The notes under the pieces: generated by a model
Seen by the model: only the letters and a program-made list of their open reading frames with translations
Told to the model about the DNA's origin: nothing
Databases searched by the model: none
Source of the DNA: an uncultured Chloroflexia bacterium
Lineage (GTDB): Bacteria > Chloroflexota > Limnocylindria > Limnocylindrales > CSP1-4
DNA length: 64,000 bases
Assembly: GCA_963748625.1 (NCBI GenBank)
Contig: CAVVJT010000010.1
Location: forward strand, 128,001 to 192,000
Reading direction: 5' to 3'
Part shown: piece after piece, positions 53,997 through 63,887 of the stretch
Numbering within the stretch: position 1 is the stretch's first letter
Layout of the letters: each line of letters begins with the position of its first letter
Made by a program: the position numbers and the translations under genes

Positions 53997-55118
53997 TCAG
54001 TACTTGATGCGGGGATCGACAACCCCGTACATGACGTCGGCGAGCAGGTTCGCGAAGACCACCAGCATCGAGGTGACGAGGAGGACCCCCATCAGGATCG
54101 GGTAGTCGAACGTGCGCGTGGCGTCGATGGTCAGGTTGCCGATGCCCGGCCACGAGAAGATCGTCTCGGTGACGATCGCGCCCGTGAACAGGAACGGGAT
54201 CTCCAGGCCGATGTTGGTGATCACCGGCAGCATCGCGTTGCGGAGCGCGTGCTTGAAGTTGACGACGCGCGCCGGGAGGCCCTTCGCCTTGGCCGTGCGC
54301 ACGAAGTCCGCGCTCAGCGTCTCGAGCATGCTCGCCCGGACGAAGCGGCTGTCACCGGCGATGTTGACGACCACGAGCGTGACCACCGGCAGGAGGAGGT
54401 GCTTGCTGATGTCGGTGATCGCCTGGAGCGGCTTCTGGCCGAAGTACTCCCAGTACTTCTCCGAGCCGAACGGGGGCGAGAGGCGTGTCTCGGTCATGCC
54501 GCCCGCCGGCAGGATGTTCAAGCCCGGACCGCTGAAGATGAAGATCAGCATGATGCCCAGCCAGAAGGTGGGCATCGCGTAGCCCACGTAGCTGAACACC
54601 GTGGCCACGTTGTCGAACAACGAGTACCGGTGGATGGCGGCGTACACCCCCACCACGATGGCGATCACCAGCCAGACCACGAGGGCCGTGCCCGCCAGGA
54701 TCAACGTTGGCAGTGCAGCGCGCGCGATGCGCACGCTGACCTTCTCGCCCGAGCTGATCGAATAGCCGAGGTCCCCGTGCAGGACGCCGTTGGTGGCGCC
54801 GGACAGGACCTCGGGCAGGAAGTTGGGCAGCCCGCTCGGCCCGATGAACGCGGGGAGCGTGGGCAGCGAGCCGAGGAACGTCCCCTCGGTCTCCGGGTTG
54901 CAGATGCCCATCCAGCGGCAGTACTGGATCGGCACGGGCTGGTCAAGGCCCCACGCCTTGATGAACTTCTCCTTCATCGCATCCGTGAACTTGGGGTTGT
55001 TCGCGAACTTCGCCTGGGGTCCCCCAGGTGCGGCAAGAAGGATTCCGTAGACCACCACGGTGATCCCGAACAGGACCGGGATCGCCTGGAGGACGCGGCG
55101 CAGGATGAACTTCGTCAT
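53997..55118 (-). CDS. Peptide ABC permease (OppB)
   Basis: GLDQP, FVRTAKAKG, HALRNA, ETIFSWPGIG, VDPRI. Confidence 0.94.
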   Translation of the reverse strand: MTKFILRRVLQAIPVLFGITVVVYGILLAAPGGPQAKFANNPKFTDAMKEKFIKAWGLDQPVPIQYCRWMGICNPETEGTFLGSLPTLPAFIGPSGLPNFLPEVLSGATNGVLHGDLGYSISSGEKVSVRIARAALPTLILAGTALVVWLVIAIVVGVYAAIHRYSLFDNVATVFSYVGYAMPTFWLGIMLIFIFSGPGLNILPAGGMTETRLSPPFGSEKYWEYFGQKPLQAITDISKHLLLPVVTLVVVNIAGDSRFVRASMLETLSADFVRTAKAKGLPARVVNFKHALRNAMLPVITNIGLEIPFLFTGAIVTETIFSWPGIGNLTIDATRTFDYPILMGVLLVTSMLVVFANLLADVMYGVVDPRIKY

Positions 55119-55230
55119 GGACGATGTGCCTCAGCCCCGAGCAAGCTTCTGAGCAATGGGTCGGCCGCCAGTCCGGCCGGCAGGGTTGCGCGGAAGATAC
55201 ACGCGTCCGCGGAACGCTGCCGGTCGCAAG

Positions 55231-55263
55231 CGGCGGGGCGCCCGGAGACCGGGCGCCCCGCCG
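55231..55263. terminator. Strong stem-loop between oppA and oppB (partial terminator or mRNA stabiliser)
   Basis: 15-bp perfect stem CGGCGGGGCGCCCGG-AGA-CCGGGCGCCCCGCCG. Confidence 0.7.
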
Positions 55264-55288
55264 AGTTGATCGCTGGATCTGGCAGCGG

Positions 55289-57163
55289 TTACTGCCGGAC
55301 GAACCAGTCCTCACCGTTCCAGGTCGAGCCGACCTGGGTGCCATTGGCAAAGTAGTTGCCGACCTTCTCGTTCGCCAGCTCCACGTTCTTGCGGTAGTAG
55401 AGCGGGACTTCGACGGTCTCGTTGACGTACGCCTCCTGGAAGGTCGCCATGGCGTCCTTGATGATCGCGAAGTCAACGTTGTTCTTCACGGCATCGAGGG
55501 CCGTGTCGACGTCGGCGTTCTTGACCTGGGCGTCGTTGGCGCCGTCCGGGCGGAACTGGCTGCTGTGGTAGCTGAAGTAGTTGCCCAGCGGGTCGATCGA
55601 CGAGCTGAACGCATGCTCAGCCAGGTCGAAGTTGCTGCGGGACAGGATGCACGGGGTGTCGTTCGTGCCCTCGTTGTAGTCGGCGAAGATGTTCGCCGGA
55701 TCCACAGCGTTGATCACGGAGTCGATGCCCACGGCCTTGAGCCACTGTGCGATCAGGGCAAGGGTGTCCTGGCGCACCTGGCGGGTGGTGGTGCAGAGCT
55801 CGATCTTGGCAGCGACGCCGTCCTTCTCGACGATGCCGTCGCCATTGGAGTCGGCCCAGCCGCCGTCGGCCAGGATCTGCATGGCCTTCGCGGGGTCGTA
55901 GACGGTCGGCTCCTGGTCAGCGTAGAACCACGCCGCCGGGCTGATGTTGGTGTTGGCGATCTGGGCGTTGCCGCCGAGGAGGCGGGTGTTGATCTCCTCC
56001 TTGTCGATCGCGAAGGCGATCGCCTCGCGAACGGCCGGGTCGCTGGTCGGGCAGCCGGCGCCGCGATCGGCGACGGCGGCGTTGCGCGAGCAGCCACCGG
56101 TGCCCTTGGCCTCATCCCAGTTCGTGATCGGGGACCAGTTGGGGCGGAGGAACTCGTACAGGAGGGCCGGGATGGCCGCGACCTGCTCGCCGAGGTCCTG
56201 GACCTTCGGAATGTCCGAGTCGGCCAGGTCGAAGGCGACGTCGATCTCGCCGCCGCGGAAGCCCGCGATCATGGCGTCGGGATCGCCGTACCACTTGAAG
56301 ATGATGTTGTCGAGGTACGGGGCCGCACCGGTGCGCCCGTTCGTGTAGTTGTCGTTGCGGGCGAGCCGGAGCTCCTGGCCCGGGGTCACGGACTCGTACT
56401 TGAACGCGCCGGAGACCGGGAGGTCGGCGATCTTGTCAAGCTCGAAGCCTGCGCCCTTGGTCTGGTCCGCAACCGGGATGTTGCCCAGGTAGTGGCGCGG
56501 CAGCGGCGAGGTCATGATCGTCAGGTAGCCCGAGTAGATCTTGCCGAAGTGCCAGACCATGTCGGTGTCCGACGGGCAGTCGAATGCGGTCATGTCTTCC
56601 CAGCCGGCGGTGATGACACCGACGTTCTCGGGATCCATGACCCACTCGTAGGCGTACTTGAAGTCGTCGCAGGTGAGCGGCTCACCGTCGGACCACTTCA
56701 GGCCGTCGCGGATCTTCCAGGTGACGGTCATCGCGTCGCCGTTCTCACCGACCGTGACGCCACCATTCTCGGTGGTCGGGATCGGCTCGGCGGCGAGCTG
56801 CGGGATGTACTTGAAGTCGTGGCTGATCGACAGCAGGGTGTGCCACACGAGCGAGGCGACGTTGGCCTCGGTGACCTGACCCAGGTAGTACGGGTTGAAC
56901 TGGGTGGCTTCCTGCCAGTCGCCGATGATCACGGAGCCGCCGGGCGTGCCGGGCTCAGGGTTGTAGACCGTGCCGAAGAGGTTGACTGCCTCCTCCGGGG
57001 TTTCGGTCGGTGCGACGGTTGCCGGCGCTTCGGTGGCCGGGGCCGCCGTCGCCGGGGCCGCCGTCGCCGGGGCCTCCGTCGCCGGGGCAGGGGTGGTGCT
57101 TGTGCCGCCGCAGGCTGCGACCAGAATGGCCGCGCCCGCGATCAGGCCCACCAGTTTTCGCAT
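55289..57163 (-). CDS. Family 5 peptide-binding lipoprotein (OppA-like), canonical domain order
   Basis: Lipobox VAAC, APAT(E/A) repeat linker, N-terminal IRDGLKWSDGEPLT, VREAIAFAIDK. Confidence 0.93.
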   Translation of the reverse strand: MRKLVGLIAGAAILVAACGGTSTTPAPATEAPATAAPATAAPATEAPATVAPTETPEEAVNLFGTVYNPEPGTPGGSVIIGDWQEATQFNPYYLGQVTEANVASLVWHTLLSISHDFKYIPQLAAEPIPTTENGGVTVGENGDAMTVTWKIRDGLKWSDGEPLTCDDFKYAYEWVMDPENVGVITAGWEDMTAFDCPSDTDMVWHFGKIYSGYLTIMTSPLPRHYLGNIPVADQTKGAGFELDKIADLPVSGAFKYESVTPGQELRLARNDNYTNGRTGAAPYLDNIIFKWYGDPDAMIAGFRGGEIDVAFDLADSDIPKVQDLGEQVAAIPALLYEFLRPNWSPITNWDEAKGTGGCSRNAAVADRGAGCPTSDPAVREAIAFAIDKEEINTRLLGGNAQIANTNISPAAWFYADQEPTVYDPAKAMQILADGGWADSNGDGIVEKDGVAAKIELCTTTRQVRQDTLALIAQWLKAVGIDSVINAVDPANIFADYNEGTNDTPCILSRSNFDLAEHAFSSSIDPLGNYFSYHSSQFRPDGANDAQVKNADVDTALDAVKNNVDFAIIKDAMATFQEAYVNETVEVPLYYRKNVELANEKVGNYFANGTQVGSTWNGEDWFVRQ

Positions 57164-57348
57164 CAAGGCTCCTCCAGGCTGCGTAGGGTCGGGGGACTAC
57201 TGCTCCCTCGCAGGACCTCCGACCGTGCCGTGCGCAGGGCGCGCACGGGCAACGGGCAGCAGGGCTGCGCTGGCTGCAAGATCGCTTACCGCGCACACGG
57301 GTGTCAAATCGCAGGATCGGATCGCCGGGCCGGATGGTCCCAGCGTAC

Positions 57349-57918
57349 CTACCGCGGTTCGAGGACGCGTGCAGTCGCGTCAGGTGCGGCCACCTCCTTC
57401 CAAGGCCTGAGCATGGTGTCGGGATACCGCGGCGGCAGGGTGCCGGGACCGGCCGAGATCACGATCTGGGGACCGCTCTCCGGGCTGCTCGCCAGGCGGC
57501 GCTCGGCCGCCTGCCACTGCTGGACCCCCGGTGCCTGGACCGGGGTGATGACGTGTGGGGACGCCTGGCCGGCGGGCGCGGTGGGGGGACCCGCCCGAGG
57601 CATCACCACGATGGCGGCCAGGGCGGCTCCGGCCGCGAGGCTGCCGAGCTGGAGACGCCACGCCCAGCGGCCATGCCCTGCCCCGGGCGGCACGCGGAGC
57701 ACGGCCGCGGTGGCCGGCACCGGCAGGCGTCGATACGTTGCGCCCGCACGGCGCAGGGCCGCGACCGTCAGCGCGATCCCGACGGCCTCCTCCTCGCAGG
57801 AGCGGCAGATGGCGAGATGCTCGAGCGCCGCCGGCGTCCCGGGCCCGCGCTCACGGTGCTCGGCCAGGGCCAGGAGCGCTGGGCGGTGCACGCGGCAGTC
57901 TCCCCGCCGGCCGGTCAC
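57349..57918 (-). CDS. Putative ZAS (zf-HC2) membrane anti-sigma factor
   Basis: EHLAICRSC (HxxxCxxC), one TM helix; GTGA overlap with the sigma stop. Confidence 0.72.
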   Translation of the reverse strand: MTGRRGDCRVHRPALLALAEHRERGPGTPAALEHLAICRSCEEEAVGIALTVAALRRAGATYRRLPVPATAAVLRVPPGAGHGRWAWRLQLGSLAAGAALAAIVVMPRAGPPTAPAGQASPHVITPVQAPGVQQWQAAERRLASSPESGPQIVISAGPGTLPPRYPDTMLRPWKEVAAPDATARVLEPR

Positions 57919-58523
57919 GGCAGGCCCTCGACGCCATCCGCCTCCGCGGACTCCACCAGGGTGCCCCAGGCGCCGCCGAAACGCCGATCCGCGTCCAGCC
58001 GGCACCGCAGGTCACGCAGGGCATGGTGGACGCGGCTCTTGACCGTCCCCAGTGGCAGGTCCAGCTCGTCAGCGGTCTCCTGGAGCGACCGTCCCTCGAG
58101 GTAGTACAGCGTCACGACAGCGCGGTGCTTGTCCGAGAGACCGGCGATCCCGTCGTGGAGGATGATCCGCAGCTCGGCCCACTCGGCGCTCATGGCCGGA
58201 CCGGCGGCTCCATCCGCGACCCGCTCGGCCACCACCTCGGTCACGGGCTCGCTGGGCACCCGGCGCCGGCCGAGGCGCGAGTAGCACAGGTTCAAGGCGA
58301 CCTTGTGCAGCCACGGCAGTGGCGAGACGTCCGTGCGCAGGCGGCGACGGTGCACAAAGGCACGCCCGAAGGTGTCCATCAGGACCTCCTCGGACACGCT
58401 GGGATCGCGCGTCAGCGCCAGGGCGACGCGGTACACCGGCACGCGGTAGCGCTCGAACAGCGTTGTCAACGCGTCCGTGTCGTCATCGTCGGCCATCCGG
58501 CGGATGAGATCACCATCGGGCAT
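57915..58523 (-). CDS. ECF RNA polymerase sigma factor
   Basis: Region 2 PWLHKVALN; region 4 LYYLEGRSLQETADELDLPLGTVKSRVH; true start may be 58588 across a 1-bp error. Confidence 0.9.
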   Translation of the reverse strand: MPDGDLIRRMADDDDTDALTTLFERYRVPVYRVALALTRDPSVSEEVLMDTFGRAFVHRRRLRTDVSPLPWLHKVALNLCYSRLGRRRVPSEPVTEVVAERVADGAAGPAMSAEWAELRIILHDGIAGLSDKHRAVVTLYYLEGRSLQETADELDLPLGTVKSRVHHALRDLRCRLDADRRFGGAWGTLVESAEADGVEGLP

Positions 58524-58601
58524 AGCCCGGCGGCGCTCGATGTCCTGTTCGCCGTCGATCGCGCGTACTCCGTGCGGTGGTCAGGCATCCCCTACATCCA
58601 C

Positions 58602-58629
58602 GATACCGCCAGAAACGTGCGAAGGTTCA
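58602..58629 (-). promoter_or_regulatory. Possible ECF-type autoregulatory promoter
   Basis: TGAACC-N16-GGTATC upstream of the sigma gene; AAC-type -35. Confidence 0.4.
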
Positions 58630-58652
58630 ATCCGGGCGGTCTCGTCGCCTGC

Positions 58653-60152
58653 TCAGTCCGGACAGGGCATCTGGGCGCCGTCCATGCCCCGCCAGCGCAG
58701 GTTGGGGTGGCGCGCAGCCGTCGCCTCGTCGAGTCGTTTCACGGGAGCCACGTGCGGCGCAGACGTGACGAGCTCCGGATCGGTCTCGGCCTCGTGCGCG
58801 ATCTCGATCAGGGCATCGACGAAGGCGTCCAGCGTCTCGATCGATTCGGTCTCCGTCGGCTCGATGAGCATCGCCTCCTCGACCGTGAGCGGGAAGTAGA
58901 TCGTCGGCGGGTGGTAACCCTTGTCGATCAGGCGCTTCGCGATGTCGAGGGTGCGCACGCCCGTCCGCGCCTTGATGTCCGCCGCCGAGGCGACGAACTC
59001 GTGCTTGCACGGTCGCTCGAACGGGATCTGGTAGGTGCCGGCGAGGCGGTGCTTCATGTAGTTGGCGGCGAGGACCGCGTCCTCCGTAGCCTCACGCAGG
59101 CCGGTGCCGCCGTGCGCACGCAGGTAGGCGTACGCGCGGACCAGGACGCCGGTGCTGCCGAAGAAGCTGCGGACACGCCCGATGCTGGTGGGGCGTTCTC
59201 CGTGACGCTCGAGACGGTAGGTGCCATCGGCGGCGCGCAGGACCCGCGGCGCGGGCAGGAACGGCTCCAGCACCGCGCGCACCCCGACGGGACCCGCGCC
59301 CGGGCCGCCGCCGCCGTGCGGCGTGCTGAAGGTCTTGTGGGTGTTGAAGTGCATCACGTCGAAGCCGGCGGCGCCAGGCCGGAAGTGGCCCATGATCGCG
59401 TTGAGATTCGCCCCGTCCATGTAGGCGAGGGCTCCTGCCGCGTGCGTGGCCTCGAGCAGCTCGCCCACACGTGCCTCGAAGAGGCCCAGCGTGGACGGGT
59501 TCGTGATCATGATCGCGGCGGTGGACGGGCCAAGGGCGGCCTGGAATGCCGCGATGTCCACACCCCCGTCCGGGGCGGACGGGATGGTGATCGTCTTGAA
59601 GCCCGCCATGGTTGCCGTGGCGGGGTTCGTGCCGTGGCTGGAGTCCGGGACCAGCACATCAGTGCGGGCCGTATCACCGCGGCTGCGGTGGTAGGCGCGG
59701 ATCATCAGCAGGCCGGTGAGCTCGCCGTGGGCGCCTGCGGCGGGCTGGAGCGTGACCGCATCCATTCCCGACACCTCGGCCAGGATCCCCTCCAGCTCCC
59801 AGAGCATCTGGAGCGTGCCCTGCGAGACCGCATCCGGGCTCATCGGGTGGAGGCCGGCGAAGCCCTCCAGCCGCGCCGCCCACTCGTTGAGCTTGGGGTT
59901 GTACTTCATCGTGCACGAGCCGAGCGGGTAGAAGCCCGTGTCCACGGAGTAGTTGAGCTGCGAGAGGTTCGTGTAGTGGCGGACGACCTCGGGCTCCGAG
60001 AGCTCGGGGAGGGAGACCGGCGTGGTCCGACGCGCCGACGCCGGGATCCGGTCCAGCGCGCCCGGGGCGATGTGCGGGATCTTGGAGCCGCCCCGACCGG
60101 GGCGGCTGCGCTCGAAGATCGTGGGCTGCAGCTTCTCGCCGACGACGCTCAC
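58653..60152 (-). CDS. gcvPB: Glycine decarboxylase subunit 2
   Basis: YPLGSCTMKYNP, QPAAGAHGE, HGTNPA, HKTFSTPHGGGGPG. Confidence 0.96.
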   Translation of the reverse strand: MSVVGEKLQPTIFERSRPGRGGSKIPHIAPGALDRIPASARRTTPVSLPELSEPEVVRHYTNLSQLNYSVDTGFYPLGSCTMKYNPKLNEWAARLEGFAGLHPMSPDAVSQGTLQMLWELEGILAEVSGMDAVTLQPAAGAHGELTGLLMIRAYHRSRGDTARTDVLVPDSSHGTNPATATMAGFKTITIPSAPDGGVDIAAFQAALGPSTAAIMITNPSTLGLFEARVGELLEATHAAGALAYMDGANLNAIMGHFRPGAAGFDVMHFNTHKTFSTPHGGGGPGAGPVGVRAVLEPFLPAPRVLRAADGTYRLERHGERPTSIGRVRSFFGSTGVLVRAYAYLRAHGGTGLREATEDAVLAANYMKHRLAGTYQIPFERPCKHEFVASAADIKARTGVRTLDIAKRLIDKGYHPPTIYFPLTVEEAMLIEPTETESIETLDAFVDALIEIAHEAETDPELVTSAPHVAPVKRLDEATAARHPNLRWRGMDGAQMPCPD

Positions 60153-61519
60153 GCGACACCTCCGGCCAGCTCGGCGCGGAGCGCGTCCGCGAACAGGGCG
60201 ATCTCCGCCTCGGTCGTGACCTCGGTCGCACAGACCAGGAGGCCATCGGCCAGGGCGGGTTCATCGGGAAGCAGGTCCGCGGTCGGGATCCCCGCGAGGA
60301 CACCCCGATCCAGGAGCCGGGCGTGGACCGCGCGGGCATCCGGGACACTGACCACGAACTCGTTGAGGTAGGGCCCCTCGTGGAGGCGCGGCGCGCCGGC
60401 CTCGGACAAGGCCGCCTCCAGCTCCGCAGCACGGCGGGCGCCCCAGGCGACGACATCGCCGAGCCCGTGCGGGCCGATGGTGGAGATGTACACCGAGGCG
60501 GCAAGCGCCAGGAGGGCCTGGTTGGTGCAGATGTTGGAGGCCGCCTTCTCACGCCTGATGTCCTGCTCGCGGGCGCGCATGGTCATCACGAAGGCGCGCT
60601 TGCCGTCCAGGTCCGTGGTCATGCCGACCAGGCGGCCCGGAATCTGGCGCATGAGGGCATCCGTGCAGGCCACGATGCCCAGGTACGGGCCACCGTAGGC
60701 GAGCGGGATGCCCAGCGACTGGCCCTCGCCCGCGGCGATGTCGGCGCCGTACTCGCCCGGGGCGGCCAAGGCCGCGAGGCCCACGGGCTCGATCACCGCC
60801 ACGAACAGGGCGCCCGCCGCGTGGCTGAGCTCCGAGATGCGTGGCATCGCCTCGAGGAGGCCCAGGATGTTGGGATTGGCGGCGACGACGCCCGCGACGG
60901 GGGTGCCGTCGGCGAGCATCCGCTCCAGGGCCGCCATGTCCGTGCAGCCCGCCGACGGCCCGGCGGCCTCGAGCGGGATCTCGTCCACCCGGAGACCGGC
61001 ACCCTCGGCGTAGGTCTCCAGGGTCTCGCGGTAGTGCGGATGCACCCCGCGCGAGACCAGGATCCGCTCGCGCCGCGTCTGGCGGCAGGTCATGAGAGCG
61101 GCTTCAGCCGTCGCAGCGCCGCCGTCGTAGTGCGACGCCGAGACCACGTCCATGCCGGTCAGGGCCGCCATGAGGGACTGGTACTCGTAGATGCTCTGCA
61201 GCGTGCCCTGGCTGACCTCGGGCTGGTACGGCGTGTAGGCCGTGTACCACTCGCCGCGGATCAGCATCTGGTCCACCGTGGGCGGCGTCCAGTGCCGGTA
61301 CGCGCCGGCGCCCAGGAACGACGCGAGGTCCACCCGGTTGCGCCCGGCCAGGTCCCGCAGCCGCACAGAGAGCTGCAGCTCCGGCTCAGGGCCGTCGAGT
61401 GCCAGCGGGCCGGCCCGCAATGCCTCCGGGATGTCCTCGAAGAGCTCGTCGACGGAGGCGATCCCGATCGCCTCGAGCATCCGCGCGCGGTCGTCCGCGG
61501 CATGCGGCCCATACGGCAT
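60149..61519 (-). CDS. gcvPA: Glycine decarboxylase subunit 1
   Basis: YTAYTPYQPEVSQG, GGPYLG, REQDIRREKAASNICTNQAL. Confidence 0.96.
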   Translation of the reverse strand: MPYGPHAADDRARMLEAIGIASVDELFEDIPEALRAGPLALDGPEPELQLSVRLRDLAGRNRVDLASFLGAGAYRHWTPPTVDQMLIRGEWYTAYTPYQPEVSQGTLQSIYEYQSLMAALTGMDVVSASHYDGGAATAEAALMTCRQTRRERILVSRGVHPHYRETLETYAEGAGLRVDEIPLEAAGPSAGCTDMAALERMLADGTPVAGVVAANPNILGLLEAMPRISELSHAAGALFVAVIEPVGLAALAAPGEYGADIAAGEGQSLGIPLAYGGPYLGIVACTDALMRQIPGRLVGMTTDLDGKRAFVMTMRAREQDIRREKAASNICTNQALLALAASVYISTIGPHGLGDVVAWGARRAAELEAALSEAGAPRLHEGPYLNEFVVSVPDARAVHARLLDRGVLAGIPTADLLPDEPALADGLLVCATEVTTEAEIALFADALRAELAGGVA

Positions 61520-61522
61520 CGA

Positions 61523-61903
61523 TCAGGCCTCGGAGATCAGCTGCTCGTACGCCGCCGCGTCCATGAGACCGTCCAGCTGGGCCGCGTCGGCGAGGCGAAC
61601 GCGGAGCATCCAGCCCTCACCGAACGGGTCGCTGTTGACGAGCTCCGGGCTGCCCGCCAGCGCCTCGTTGGTCCCGACCACCTCACCCGCGAGCGGGGCG
61701 AACAGGTCGCTGACGGCCTTGACGGACTCGACGACGCCGAAGGTGGCGTGTGCGGCAAGGGTCCGGCCAACGTCGGGCAGCTCCACGAACACGATGTCGC
61801 CAAGCTGGTCGGCCGCGAACTTGGTGATGCCCACAACGGCGTCGTCGCCGTCAACGCGGACCCACTCGTGCTCCTTGGTGTAGCGCAGGTCGCCGGGAAC
61901 CAT
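61523..61903 (-). CDS. gcvH: Glycine cleavage H protein
   Basis: YTKEHEW, VESVKAVSD (lipoyl Lys), VNSDPFGEGW. Confidence 0.98.
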   Translation of the reverse strand: MVPGDLRYTKEHEWVRVDGDDAVVGITKFAADQLGDIVFVELPDVGRTLAAHATFGVVESVKAVSDLFAPLAGEVVGTNEALAGSPELVNSDPFGEGWMLRVRLADAAQLDGLMDAAAYEQLISEA

Positions 61904-61987
61904 CGGGTGCTCCTCCTGAGGCGCCGGGCGCGATCCCGGCTTGGGCGCAATGGCGTGGAGAGGTGCGTGGTGCGCGGTAGCGGACGC

Positions 61988-63103
61988 TCAGGCGGGCCGC
62001 TTGTAGAAGGGCAGCGGAACCACCTCGGCGGCGACACGCGAGCCGCGGACCTCGATGTCGAGCATCGTACCGGGGTTGGCATGGGCGGTGGCGACGTAGG
62101 CCATCGCGATGGGTTCGCCGAGCGTGGGGCTCATGGTCCCCGAGGTGACGACGCCCGTGGGCCCGTCGGCGTCGAGGACCGGGTAGCCGTGCCGGGCGAT
62201 GCCGCGACCGCGGAGCACGAGCCCCACCAGCGAGCGCGTGGTGCCCTCCGCGTGGGCCTTCTCGAGCGCGGCCCGGCCCGTGAAGGGACCGGGCTTGCCC
62301 AGCTTGACGACCCTGCCCAGGCCCGCCTCGTACGGCGTGGTGTCGCGACCGAGCTCGTTGCCGTAGAGCGGCATGCCCGCCTCGAGGCGCAGCGTGTCGC
62401 GCGCACCGAGGCCCACCGGCACGAGACCGTGGTCGCGCCCCGCCGCCAGCAGGGCGTCCCACACCTCTCCGGCGCGCTCGACCTCCACCAGCAGCTCGAA
62501 CCCGTCCTCACCGGTGTACCCGGTACGGGCGATGAGGGCCGGAATGCCGGCCACGATCCCCTCGGCGATGCCGTAGTACTTGATCGCGGAGATGTCCACG
62601 TCGGCAAGGGGACCCACGATGTCCAGAGCCCGCGGTCCCTGCACGGCGACCAGGCCGGTGGCCAGGCTGCGATCGTCGAGCACCGCGGCGAACCCGGCGA
62701 GCCGCTGGGCCAGGGCGTCCGAGACGGTGCCCGCGTTCGAGGCGTTCGCGACGATCAGGAAGCGGTCCTCGGCGAGCCGGTAGACGATCAGGTCGTCCAG
62801 GATCCCGCCGTCCTCAGCGCAGATCATCGAGTAGTGCGCCCGGCCCACCGCAAGGGCCGGCGGGTCGGTGACCAGTGCGGCAGCCAGCGCGGCACCCGCC
62901 TCCGGACCCTCGATGAACAGCTCGCCCATGTGCGAGAGGTCGAACAGGCCGGCAGCTGCGCGGACGGCCTTGTGCTCGTCGATGATGCCGCCGTACTGGA
63001 TGGGCATGAGCCAGCCGGCGAACTCGACGATCCGGGCGCCCAGCGCCTCGTGGCGGTCCAGCAGCGGGGTTGGCGTCGGCTGCGGCGCGTCGCTCTCGGT
63101 CAT
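61988..63103 (-). CDS. gcvT: Glycine cleavage T protein
   Basis: FAGWLMP, FDLSHMG, RTGYTGEDGFE, GLGARDTLRLEAG. Confidence 0.98.
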   Translation of the reverse strand: MTESDAPQPTPTPLLDRHEALGARIVEFAGWLMPIQYGGIIDEHKAVRAAAGLFDLSHMGELFIEGPEAGAALAAALVTDPPALAVGRAHYSMICAEDGGILDDLIVYRLAEDRFLIVANASNAGTVSDALAQRLAGFAAVLDDRSLATGLVAVQGPRALDIVGPLADVDISAIKYYGIAEGIVAGIPALIARTGYTGEDGFELLVEVERAGEVWDALLAAGRDHGLVPVGLGARDTLRLEAGMPLYGNELGRDTTPYEAGLGRVVKLGKPGPFTGRAALEKAHAEGTTRSLVGLVLRGRGIARHGYPVLDADGPTGVVTSGTMSPTLGEPIAMAYVATAHANPGTMLDIEVRGSRVAAEVVPLPFYKRPA

Positions 63104-63111
63104 CGGTGCGT

Positions 63112-63582
63112 TCAGACCTCGCTGGATGCCGCGCCCGGAAACGAGCCATCCGACGCGGCTGCGGCGGCACGGGCCACGAGGGCCCGCTCCGTCTCGAAGG
63201 AGAGGAGCGTCGCGGCCTCGTCGAACCCGATCCAGCGGACCTCGTCGAACTCGTGGTCGTGGCGCCCCAGGTCACCCCCCGTGGGGATCATGAGGAAGTA
63301 GTGGACGGTTTTCTGGATCCTGGTCCTGCCCTGCTGGAAGGCGTAGTGGATGGATTCGAACGGGCGCACGATGCGCACGTCGAGACCGGATTCCTCGCGC
63401 ACCTCGCGCACCGCGGTCTCCTCGGTGGTCTCGGGCGGGTTGGGCGTGCCCTTGGGCAGCGTCCAGGTCATCCCGTCCCGCTCGCGCTTGCGCTTGCCCA
63501 CGACGAGTTGCGGGGACCCCTCGACGAACCGGATGACGATGCCACCGGCCGAGGTGGCGACGGCCTGCTTCAGGCGCGCCAC
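63112..63582 (-). CDS. NUDIX hydrolase (Ap4A hydrolase-like); start uncertain
   Basis: SAGG, WTLPKG..ETTEETAVREVREESG, KTVHYFLM. Confidence 0.88.
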   Translation of the reverse strand: MARLKQAVATSAGGIVIRFVEGSPQLVVGKRKRERDGMTWTLPKGTPNPPETTEETAVREVREESGLDVRIVRPFESIHYAFQQGRTRIQKTVHYFLMIPTGGDLGRHDHEFDEVRWIGFDEAATLLSFETERALVARAAAAASDGSFPGAASSEV

Positions 63583-63887
63583 GCGGGAGCCACGGTGGGC
63601 TTCAGGGCCGCGGCACCACGCCGGGAGCCTCCCCACGACATGCCCGCGGGGTGCCGCGGGATGCCGCTGGTGACCGGACGCGGCGGGGCGACCACGAGCG
63701 AGCGCCACGATGCGCGCAAGGCGGTGAGGGGTGCGGCATCAGGCCGCCGGACCACGGTCCGATGGACCGGTGCGGCCGTGAACACGGGACCCGCCCCCAG
63801 GCCAAGGCGCCGTTCCCGCGCGCGTGGCGCCGGGTGGACGTACCGGGCATGCCAGAGCGCGTGACGGGCCACGATGCTGTGCTGCAT
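63570..63887 (-). CDS. Possible leaderless Arg-rich 105-aa ORF heading the nudix-gcv operon
   Basis: TTGCAG-N16-TACGAT then 6 nt to the ATG; stop overlaps the NUDIX start; no recognisable domain. Confidence 0.35.
   Translation of the reverse strand: MQHSIVARHALWHARYVHPAPRARERRLGLGAGPVFTAAPVHRTVVRRPDAAPLTALRASWRSLVVAPPRPVTSGIPRHPAGMSWGGSRRGAAALKPTVAPAWRA

Noticed and set aside
57020-57095. 15-bp tandem DNA repeat
   Set aside because: Encodes an ordinary APAT(E/A) lipoprotein linker
61904-61987. Glycine riboswitch in the gcv operon
   Set aside because: No GGAGA...CCGAAG...CUCUCAGG aptamer; the gap is short
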